The position numbers and the translations under genes are program-made. This document shows, in pieces, positions 20,219-28,475 of a stretch of DNA of 64,000 nt. Numbering within the stretch: the first letter of the stretch is position 1; every line of letters starts with the position of its first letter. Origin of the DNA: Chloroflexota bacterium (GTDB lineage Bacteria > Chloroflexota > UBA11872 > VXOZ01); assembly GCA_965221905.1 (NCBI GenBank), contig OZ244922.1, positions 3,456,011 to 3,520,010 on the forward strand, read 5' to 3'. Below the pieces are notes generated by a model. The model had not been told where the DNA came from, made no database searches, and worked only from the letters and a program-made list of their open reading frames with translations.

Positions 20219-21466
20219 TCAGCCCAGGGCAGCCGCATGGGACTCTTGCAGAACCTCGTCGTAAATCTCCAACACGCGGTCAGCTTGTTGTTGTAGGGTG
20301 AAGCGTTCTCGCACCCTTGCTTGGCCGGCGGCGCCGAAGGCGTGGCGGCGGGATGGGTCTCTCAGCAGGTCGGTGATGGCTTGGGCGAGGGCGCGCGTGT
20401 CGAGGGGGTTTATGACGAGCCCGGTCTCGCCGTCCGCAACGATCTCGGACGCCGCGCCAAAAGCGCTGCCGATCACCGGCTTGCCGCAGGCCATGCCCTC
20501 GATGAGGGTGAGATTGAACGGATCGGGGTAGGTGGACGGCGCCACCACGAGGTCGCTGGCGAAGTAGGCCAGTTTCACCGCAGGCGGGGTCAGCCAGCCG
20601 AGAAAGCGCACCCGCTCCGCGATACCAAGCTGGGCAGCTTGCTGGGCGAGCTTCTCCTGGTAAGCGGGATTGTGGCCTAATAGCACGGCAGTCGCGTCGC
20701 CCGGCACGTGCGCCATGGCATCCACCAGTCGGCCGGCGCCCTTGCTCCCGCTCAGCCGCGCCGCCAGCAGCACGATAGGCCGATCTCCCAGTCCGTGCTC
20801 TTCGCGAAACGCCGCCACCGCTGCCGGGTCCGGCGGCGCGTACTCATCGGGATCTACGCCGTTATGCACGGGGGTAACGCCGGGATAGCCGTTGTGCGCC
20901 AGCGCCGTCGCCAGCGCCTGACTGATGCCGACGATGCGGGTCACGTGTTCCTGCACCACACCCCGAATACCGCGATTGCGCAGCGGATTGTAGCGCGTGC
21001 GCTGGCAGGGAACGCAGTCGAACGGCTTGTGCGTATACGCCACCTCACCGTCCGCGCAGATGAATTTGGTGCAGCAAAAGAGAAAGTAGTCGTGGGCGTG
21101 GAGAATAACCGGCCGACCGCCTTGAGCGGCGAGTTTCAGGCTCTCGAATGAGAGGTGCGTGTGCACGTTGTGGGCATGCACCACGTCCGCCGCAATGCCG
21201 GGCAAGACCTCGCGTATTTTACCCAGCGTGAATGGGTTGGCGGGCGTGAGGAAGTTGCGAAAGCGCTCCGGATAGCGCGAATAGAGCCGGTGCACCGCTA
21301 GGCCGTCTTCCTCGCTCAGGCCCTCGCGGGCGCGCTCCGCCGTGGTCGTTACCACCGTGACGCTGTGCCCCATGCGGACATGCTGCCGCGCCAGCCGCCA
21401 CGCGACCACGTCTGCGCCGCCTGCGCTCTCGGGAGGAAATGTATCGGAAAGTACGAGTATGTTCAT
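20219..21466 (-). CDS. Glycosyltransferase family 4 (GT-B)
   Basis: FPP..GGA, HAHN, HNGVD, KG, DPFNLTLIEGMACGKPVI, E.V.DGETG. Confidence 0.92.
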   Translation of the reverse strand: MNILVLSDTFPPESAGGADVVAWRLARQHVRMGHSVTVVTTTAERAREGLSEEDGLAVHRLYSRYPERFRNFLTPANPFTLGKIREVLPGIAADVVHAHNVHTHLSFESLKLAAQGGRPVILHAHDYFLFCCTKFICADGEVAYTHKPFDCVPCQRTRYNPLRNRGIRGVVQEHVTRIVGISQALATALAHNGYPGVTPVHNGVDPDEYAPPDPAAVAAFREEHGLGDRPIVLLAARLSGSKGAGRLVDAMAHVPGDATAVLLGHNPAYQEKLAQQAAQLGIAERVRFLGWLTPPAVKLAYFASDLVVAPSTYPDPFNLTLIEGMACGKPVIGSAFGAASEIVADGETGLVINPLDTRALAQAITDLLRDPSRRHAFGAAGQARVRERFTLQQQADRVLEIYDEVLQESHAAALG

Positions 21467-21721
21467 GGCTTGACGGTAAGGGACTGACGCAAGCACCGGC
21501 GCGCTTCAACGAGTACCGGACCGGACAAAGGCTTCATATCATGATGGTAGCACAGCATGTGTTAGTACCTATTCGGTCTTGCTTCTTTATCTAATGACTT
21601 CCTTTCCAACTGATGCATTCTGTCGCGGAGAAGAGCACGTGCACTTGGCCCGTTCTCTTCTGGCTAGTAGGTGCTGATGGGAAATCACCATTGGTAGAAT
21701 GACTACCAAGTTCTTTGCCAG

Positions 21722-21754
21722 CCGTTCATGCTTCGACAAGCTCAGCACGAACGG
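21722..21754. repeat. CTTCGACAAGCTCAG-type palindrome
   Basis: CCGTTCATGCTTCGACAAGCTCAGCACGAACGG. Confidence 0.7.
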
Positions 21755-21954
21755 TCGGCGTTGCAGCGTATTCAAGGTACGCATTGCGGCACATTTAAGG
21801 TTAGCGTTGCAGCATGTTCAAGGTAACCGTTGAAGCTCGCGCCTGCCGTCCGACGAAAGACCGCGTGTGCTAAATGTGTTACCAGAGTCCCGAATTCTGG
21901 CAGTATGGTGAGAGGAAGTACCCCACGTAGAGCAGCCGAGCCGTGAGGAATACC

Positions 21955-22575
21955 ATGAGCGCTGCGCAACCGAGAATTTCCGATGCCGCCGTGCGGAAAG
22001 CGACCGGCAAGGACTGGGATGAGTGGTTTGCGGTGCTGGATAGCGAAGGGGCGGACGCGCTCCCGCACAAGCAGATCGCGCGTCTGCTCAACGACAAGGG
22101 CTACATCGCGAGCAGTTGGTGGTGCCAAACGGTGACCGTGGCATACGAATATGCCCGCGGCAAGCGCGTTGTCGGTCGAACAGAGAGCGCCGGTTTCGAA
22201 ATCGGTGTGCAGAAGACCTTGCCGCTCACGCCGGCACAAGCCTGGGACCTACTCACGCAGCCGGAGGGCCTTGCGCTGTGGCTCGGTACCGTCCCGTGCC
22301 TGCGCTGGGAAAAGGGCGCGGCCTTTGCAACGGCGGAGGGCACACGCGGTGAGATTCGCAGCTTCACCCCTGGTAAGCACCTACGCTTGACTTGGCAGCC
22401 CCCGCACTTCGCGACTCCTTCAACCCTACAAGTGTCTCTGACCCCCGGCGGGAAGAAGACCGCCCTGCGCTTTCATCAGGAGAACCTTCCCAGCGCCGAG
22501 GCGCGCGAGCAGATGCGTGCGCATTGGCGGGACGTATTTCAGAAACTAGCGGAGCTTGCTAAAGGCATGGTGTGA
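21955..22575 (+). CDS. DUF4287-like N-terminal domain plus SRPBCC/AHSA1 domain protein
   Basis: AVRKATGKDWDEWF, WWCQ.V.V.YE, LRLTW, LRFHQE.L, R.HW. Confidence 0.8.
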   Translation: MSAAQPRISDAAVRKATGKDWDEWFAVLDSEGADALPHKQIARLLNDKGYIASSWWCQTVTVAYEYARGKRVVGRTESAGFEIGVQKTLPLTPAQAWDLLTQPEGLALWLGTVPCLRWEKGAAFATAEGTRGEIRSFTPGKHLRLTWQPPHFATPSTLQVSLTPGGKKTALRFHQENLPSAEAREQMRAHWRDVFQKLAELAKGMV

Positions 22576-22696
22576 GTGCGCGGCGGCGCGCCTGCCGCGC
22601 CGCCAGTCAGAACGAGAAGGGATCGGAACGGGGTGTCCCCAGGCTGCCAATCCCGCATTCTGCTTGGCGTACACAGTCCGCCATGTGCAATGCGGC

Positions 22697-24646
22697 TCAG
22701 GCCGGATCGGAGACGGCGTCGGGCTGTTGTGCAACCCGAGGCTGATGGACGTGCGGCGGTAACTTGCTCGGCGCGGCCACGTAGCGGGCGGCGTTCACCA
22801 CCACTGCGACAGAGCCGAGGTTGTGCGCCAGGGCGGCGGCAATCGGGCCCAGCACGCCGGTGGCCGCCAGCGCAATGCCGAGGAGGTTCCAGACCAGCGC
22901 AAAGAGCAGGTTTTGCTTGATGCCGCGCAGGGTCATCTGGCTAACCGCAATTGCCGTGGGCAGTTGGCCGATATCGCCTTGCATGAGGGCAATGTCGGCA
23001 GTTTCCGCCGCCACCGCCGTACCCGTTCCCCCCATGACGATGCCCAGATCGGCGGCCGCCAGCGCCGGCGCATCGTTCACGCCGTCGCCGGCCATGGCCA
23101 CGCGTTTGCCTTCAGAGCGGGCGTTGCGAATCCAATCAACCTTGTCCTCGGGCAGCAGGCGCGCGTGCCATTCGTCAATACCCACCATATCCGCCAAGCG
23201 TTTGGCCTCCTGTTGCCGGTCGCCGGTGAGCATCACAATCTGCCGGATGCCAAGTGCATGGAGGTGCTCCACAGCCTGCGCTGCTGCGGGCCGCACGGTA
23301 TCCGCAAACTGCACCCAGCCGCAGAATTTTCCTTCCACTGCTACTAACAGCAGGCTGCCATCATGCGGTGCAGCCTCCTGCGGCGGTACACCGGTCACGT
23401 CGTGCGCGTGGAGCAGTTCATGAGTACCGACCAGGACATGCTGTTGTGCGACGCGCGCGCCCACGCCCCGTCCTGGATAAGCGCGAAAGTCTGCCGCGGG
23501 CTGCAAGGAGAGCGCTTTTTCAGCCGCATGGCGCACGAGCGCCTTGCCGAGTGGGTGTTCGGAGAAGCGTTCCACTGCCGCCGCGACAGATAGCAGCTTT
23601 TCAGATGTCATGCCGTCAACCGGTATCACCTGCTGCACCACGGGCGTGCCGAGGGTGAGGGTGCCGGTTTTGTCAACCGCGATGGTGTCCACGGCGCCGG
23701 CGGCCTCGAAGCGCGCGCCGCCCTTGACGAGAATCCCCTGCCGCGCCGCGTTGGCTACCCCGGCAACGATAGCGGTTGGTGCCGCCAGCACCAGCGCGCA
23801 CGGACAGGCAATGATCAATACCGCCAGCGCCGCGCTCAAATCGCCGGATAGCAGCCACGTAGCGCCGGAGACAATGAGGATTGCCGGCGTGAAGTACTTG
23901 GCGTAGCGGTCCGCCACGCGCACAATCGGCGCGCGTTCCTCTTCCAGCGTATCCAACAGACGGCTAATCTGGCCCACGTAGGCGTGCTCACCCACGGCCT
24001 CCGTGCGGATCGTGAGCGCGCCTTCTTGATTGAGCGTGCCCGCATACACCTGTTGTCCGGGCCCCTTGTGCACGGGGAGCGACTCGCCGGTGACCAGCGT
24101 TTCGTCCACTGCGCTCATGCCCGAAATCACCACGCCGTCCACCGGCAGCCGCTCGCCCGGTTTCGTCACCACGGTCTCACCGGGGCTAAGGTCGTCCACG
24201 TCAACCTCTTGCATTTCGTCGCCCACCATACGGTGGGCGCGGTCGGGCTGGAGTTCCGCCAGATGTTCGAGCGCGGCGGTCGCCCGCTGGCTGGTTGCCT
24301 CTTCGAGCAGTTGGCCGAAGATCATCATGAAGACGACGAGACCGGCGGAGAGGTACTCACCGGCGAGCACCGAGGCGATCACGGCAATGCTCACGAGCTC
24401 GTCCACGTTCACCTGCCGCTGCCGCAAGCCCTGCAGCGCGCCCCACACGATGCCAAGCCCACCAATGCCGACTGCCGCCAGGGCGAGACCCTCGGCAAGG
24501 TACGGCACGTCAACACCCGCCAGCGAAACCAGCCACGCCACGATGATCAAGACACCCGTGGCGGCCACAGTGCGAAAATGCGATGACCGCACCAAGGGCC
24601 GATACGTCTGCCAGAGACTGGGGAAAGACATTGGCAACTTTCTCAT
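22697..24646 (-). CDS. Heavy-metal P1B-type ATPase without an N-terminal metal-binding domain
   Basis: TGES, CPC, DKTGT, SEHP, TGD, GDGVNDAPAL; true start may be 24631. Confidence 0.93.
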   Translation of the reverse strand: MRKLPMSFPSLWQTYRPLVRSSHFRTVAATGVLIIVAWLVSLAGVDVPYLAEGLALAAVGIGGLGIVWGALQGLRQRQVNVDELVSIAVIASVLAGEYLSAGLVVFMMIFGQLLEEATSQRATAALEHLAELQPDRAHRMVGDEMQEVDVDDLSPGETVVTKPGERLPVDGVVISGMSAVDETLVTGESLPVHKGPGQQVYAGTLNQEGALTIRTEAVGEHAYVGQISRLLDTLEEERAPIVRVADRYAKYFTPAILIVSGATWLLSGDLSAALAVLIIACPCALVLAAPTAIVAGVANAARQGILVKGGARFEAAGAVDTIAVDKTGTLTLGTPVVQQVIPVDGMTSEKLLSVAAAVERFSEHPLGKALVRHAAEKALSLQPAADFRAYPGRGVGARVAQQHVLVGTHELLHAHDVTGVPPQEAAPHDGSLLLVAVEGKFCGWVQFADTVRPAAAQAVEHLHALGIRQIVMLTGDRQQEAKRLADMVGIDEWHARLLPEDKVDWIRNARSEGKRVAMAGDGVNDAPALAAADLGIVMGGTGTAVAAETADIALMQGDIGQLPTAIAVSQMTLRGIKQNLLFALVWNLLGIALAATGVLGPIAAALAHNLGSVAVVVNAARYVAAPSKLPPHVHQPRVAQQPDAVSDPA

Positions 24647-25113
24647 GCTTTATTCAGCGCATCCATTAGAGATGTGCCGCACTTCACACGCTTTATTTGT
24701 CTCTCCTGGCTGCGAAAACGAACGCGACTACTCTTTAATCGCTTTTGCTCGGCGCGGTGAATTCTTCGCCGATAGGCGACAACTGGACGAAACCGAGTCC
24801 GCGCTGCGGAGGGCAAGATGTGATCAGCCACTCGCGCTCCCGATTGGAGTTGCTCAACGACTTCACTGGCTTTAAACTTTCCGCCCTTCAGTTCCAACGG
24901 CGCTACCCAAACTGCATCGTCCTTATCTCCAATGAAGATATAGTCGCACTTCTTTTCTTCCTCGCTTAGTGTTGGCGCCTTCTTGTGGTCCATGTCCACT
25001 AAGATAAATAGGTCTGGAAGATCATCCAACGTCAATGAGCAGTTTTTCTTTCTGCACCTTTGAGCGAGGCAATCTCCATTGACTTTCTGCAATACCTGGC
25101 TAACGAGACTCAT
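24643..25113 (-). CDS. Small basic protein with a PD-(D/E)xK-like motif, partner of the ABC ATPase
   Basis: CDYIF...ELKGG...EQLQ; ATGA overlap with the ATPase gene. Confidence 0.65.
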   Translation of the reverse strand: MSLVSQVLQKVNGDCLAQRCRKKNCSLTLDDLPDLFILVDMDHKKAPTLSEEEKKCDYIFIGDKDDAVWVAPLELKGGKFKASEVVEQLQSGARVADHILPSAARTRFRPVVAYRRRIHRAEQKRLKSSRVRFRSQERQIKRVKCGTSLMDALNKA

Positions 25114-26732
25114 TTTCTGGGTTTGTTATCTTGAATTCGACTGTCGACTTCAACCCACTTGTTATAGAGCGCCTCGGTTACGTCGTCGTACCCCGCCGGG
25201 AAGGTACCCGCGTCTTTGTCCAGTTTAATCTCTTTGACAACCGTGCCTTTGGGCCGCTTTTTCGGTTCGAATAGCCATACGCCCACTTCATCCGAGCTGA
25301 GGGCAACGTCTGCTCCCTTGAGGTCCTCTCGCTGCGCTTCCGGTAATTCGGACATACGCACGAGGTTAGCCAGTTCTTCCAGCACATAGTCGCTATGCGT
25401 TGTCAACATGACCCTGACGCCTGCGCGCACAGCCGCCACAAGCTGTCTGGTGAATGATGCCTGCATGCCCGGATGCAAGTGCGACTCTGGCTCCTCAATG
25501 ATCAGCACATCACCCGGCTGCACAACGTGGCGCAGATATAGGACCACCGGTGCCAATTCCGAAACCATGGATGAGGCTTGCAACAGCGGAATCTCCTCCT
25601 TGCGTCCTGCTGGCTGAAAAGTGAAGATCGGCAAGCCAGTAGCTGACTGTTTCTCACGCACCGAGCCGCCTAAGAGTTTCTTCTCGATTGCAATGTCAAG
25701 AATCCAGTCGCCGTTATGCGCTCTCCGCGCCGAATCCCCAAATGCAACGAGTTGCTGAAGAAAGTCTGCAAGCACGCCAGAGAGCGCAGGCAAGGATTTT
25801 TCCCGCTGGTAGAATGCGCGCGTCGACCTTTGAATCAAGGAGTCCACAACCACCCAGCGCGCGTGCATCAATCCAGTACGGCTAGCAGGAAGATAGTGCG
25901 CCACGCGATCCAGCGGACTAACGGTGTAAGGAGCGACAAAGTCAACTAGCTCGTTTCGCAGTGACTCCACGACTCGCGGCCGACTAGATTGCTGGTAACT
26001 CGATATGTTAATGCGTGAGCCGAGTTGTCGTATTTTCTCCCGATACCAGGGGTCCACGTCGTTGCTCTCAATTAGTAGAGGTGTCTTGTCAGGGATCGAA
26101 GCGGTGAGCACGGGCCCATCTCCATTTACAAAGAATCCATACGTAAACGGATCCGCTGCAGAATAGGTGCTAGAGACGTGTCGCTTCAGAATCACGCTTG
26201 AACCAGTTCTGCTGCCGTGTCGAATTAGCCGCGACAAGTCTTCGCTGCCAAAGCAGCGTGCGATTTCCCATTCCAAGAGATTGGCCAACGTACTTACGTG
26301 CTCAAAGAGAGGCACGAAGAGTGCCGTGACACCACACGGTACAGACGCACGAAAGTCCTCTGGGAAACCTTCTTCTTGGGCGCGCGCGAGCATTTGGGTA
26401 ACCCAGTCAATCAGAGTGTGACACTCTTCCTTGGACATCTCCTTGTTGTTCATCCGGGACCGGGCCTGAGACTGAACACGGCTTGACCAGGCACTGCTAA
26501 GGAGACGGGGATAGGAGCGGGGGCTTAGTGCCATGCTACTCAAATCCGGGTTAGTCGTATCGCCGCCAAAGAATCTATGCAGCGCGTAGATCAGCATCGC
26601 CAGGTAGGACTTGCCCGTATTACTCGGGCCGACGAAGACGGTTAGCGGGCGCAAGTCGAGTTTGGCCTTGGCGATTGGGCCGAAGTCGGTCACCTCGATT
26701 TCGAGGGGTTTGTAGGTCGGCGCCGCTGACAT
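25110..26732 (-). CDS. ABC-type (AAA_15/AAA_21-like) ATPase
   Basis: GPSNTGKS Walker A, ASSMV signature, IIEEPESHLHP Walker B, TTHS. Confidence 0.9.
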   Translation of the reverse strand: MSAAPTYKPLEIEVTDFGPIAKAKLDLRPLTVFVGPSNTGKSYLAMLIYALHRFFGGDTTNPDLSSMALSPRSYPRLLSSAWSSRVQSQARSRMNNKEMSKEECHTLIDWVTQMLARAQEEGFPEDFRASVPCGVTALFVPLFEHVSTLANLLEWEIARCFGSEDLSRLIRHGSRTGSSVILKRHVSSTYSAADPFTYGFFVNGDGPVLTASIPDKTPLLIESNDVDPWYREKIRQLGSRINISSYQQSSRPRVVESLRNELVDFVAPYTVSPLDRVAHYLPASRTGLMHARWVVVDSLIQRSTRAFYQREKSLPALSGVLADFLQQLVAFGDSARRAHNGDWILDIAIEKKLLGGSVREKQSATGLPIFTFQPAGRKEEIPLLQASSMVSELAPVVLYLRHVVQPGDVLIIEEPESHLHPGMQASFTRQLVAAVRAGVRVMLTTHSDYVLEELANLVRMSELPEAQREDLKGADVALSSDEVGVWLFEPKKRPKGTVVKEIKLDKDAGTFPAGYDDVTEALYNKWVEVDSRIQDNKPRK

Positions 26733-26940
26733 GCTGAATCCTTATCCGCCATGCTCGATCAAGCGCGACACTGGAGCACACTCGATCTTCTTATCTAGTA
26801 TATCAAGATAGCAAGTCTCAATCGCCTTGTAAGGAGTCCGGTCGGCGCGCGCACTGCCGCCAGACTGTCAAGTGAATACCTGCGCGATCATCTCCATTCC
26901 CTGTCTCATGCAAAGGGCAAAGGGTATCCGGCCAGCACTT

Positions 26941-26969
26941 TTGACACGCGCGGCCAACATCGCTATACT
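26941..26969 (+). promoter_or_regulatory. Sigma70-type promoter upstream of the pheS leader
   Basis: TTGACA-17 nt-TATACT. Confidence 0.75.
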
Positions 26970-26975
26970 GTTATT

Positions 26976-27178
26976 TCGCAAAGCGATATTGCCTATGCCC
27001 AAAAGGGCATCCCCGCAACGATACTTGGGACGAGGGGCATCATGCATTCGTGGGTATGGCACTTTACAAGCCCGGAGGGCCGGGCCGCGTCTAGGCGTAT
27101 CACGGAAACGTAGCCTAGCAGGACACTCGCCCCTCTGGCAGAGCAGAAAGTGTTTACCCGCTTTCTGCTTTTTGTTTC
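26976..27178 (+). promoter_or_regulatory. Structured leader RNA with an intrinsic terminator upstream of pheS (attenuator or sRNA candidate)
   Basis: Several hairpins; terminator AGAGCAGAAAG..CTTTCTGCTTT followed by a T-rich tail. Confidence 0.5.
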
Positions 27179-27199
27179 TGAAGTGAAGGACAGCAACCG

Positions 27200-28270
27200 A
27201 TGGCAGACGACACCACAGCACTGGACATACCGGCCCAGCTTGAAGCCCTGGAGCGCGAAGCGCAAGCGCAGCTTGGAGAATGCGCCGTAGAGGCAGAATT
27301 CACCGCTTGGCACACCACATACCTGGGCCGCAGCGGCAAAGTTACCCAGCTTCTGCGCGGTCTGGGCGGCCTGCCGAAAGAGGAGCGGCCCCGCATCGGG
27401 CAGTTGGCCAACACGGTCAAAGCACGCTTGGCGGAGGCGTTGGATGCGCAACAAGCACAACTCAGGCGCGGCCAGCAAGCCGATTCGCTCAAGGCGGAAG
27501 CCCTCGACGTCACGCTTCCCGGCGAGCCGGTTCGCATGGGACAGCTCCATCCGATAACGCAGACACTCAATGAGATTCTCGGCATATTCGAGAACATGGG
27601 CTTTCACGTAGTAGAAGGCCCGGAGGTGGAGTGGGACCGCTATAACTTCGCCATGCTCAACATTCCCGCCGACCACCCCGCGCGCGACATGTGGGACACG
27701 TTTTATGTGGATGCGGAACCTGCGAGCAATCTGGGCTCAATGCTGTTGCGCACCCATACCTCGCCGGTGCAAATAAGGGTCATGGAGGAAACACCCCCGC
27801 CGGTGCGCATTGTGGCACCGGGCAGAGTCTACCGCAATGAAGCCACCGACGCCAGCCACGAGGCTATCTTCTATCAGGTCGAAGGTCTCGCCGTGGATGA
27901 TCAGATGAACATGGGCGACCTAAAGGGCGTGCTCACCGCATTTGCCCATGATCTCTTCGGCGGCAAAACGAGGGTGCGGTTCAACTGCTCCTACTTTCCC
28001 TTTGTCGAACCGGGCGCGGAAGTCTCCATTAGCTGTCACGTCTGCGGCGGTGACGGTTGCCGCGTGTGCAAGCACACCGGTTGGCTGGAGATTCTTGGCT
28101 GCGGCATGGTGCATCCTAGCGTGCTCCAGGCCGTAAACTACGATCCGGCGCAGTATTCCGGCTTTGCTTTCGGCATGGGCGTAGAGCGTATTGCTATGTT
28201 GAAGTACGGCATTGACGACATCCGCTACTTCTACAACAACGACATCCGATTCCTACAGCAGTTCCGCTGA
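27200..28270 (+). CDS. pheS: Phenylalanine-tRNA ligase alpha subunit
   Basis: HPARDMWDTFY, LLRTHTSPVQ, FYQVEG, YFPFVEP, GFAFGMGVER. Confidence 0.98.
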   Translation: MADDTTALDIPAQLEALEREAQAQLGECAVEAEFTAWHTTYLGRSGKVTQLLRGLGGLPKEERPRIGQLANTVKARLAEALDAQQAQLRRGQQADSLKAEALDVTLPGEPVRMGQLHPITQTLNEILGIFENMGFHVVEGPEVEWDRYNFAMLNIPADHPARDMWDTFYVDAEPASNLGSMLLRTHTSPVQIRVMEETPPPVRIVAPGRVYRNEATDASHEAIFYQVEGLAVDDQMNMGDLKGVLTAFAHDLFGGKTRVRFNCSYFPFVEPGAEVSISCHVCGGDGCRVCKHTGWLEILGCGMVHPSVLQAVNYDPAQYSGFAFGMGVERIAMLKYGIDDIRYFYNNDIRFLQQFR

Positions 28271-28475
28271 GGTCATACAACAATTCCGTTGAGGTCGTAC
28301 GATAGTTTGGCTGACCGCTGAGGGCATCGCTCCCACTGCCGTGCCAAGCAGAATGGCGGTCGTAGTAAGAACAAGGGTGCCATTACCAAGCATCTTGAGC
28401 ATGAAAGGCGCCTAACAGTATTCGTGGAGAGAGGAGCCCGTTGGTGCGGGCGCTCCGCGGGAGGTTATCGATCGA

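Noticed and set aside
26872-27186. ORF ending FCFLFLK as a PheM-like leader peptide
   Set aside because: The Phe codons arise from the terminator's T-rich arm, too late for classical attenuation, and there is no clear RBS.
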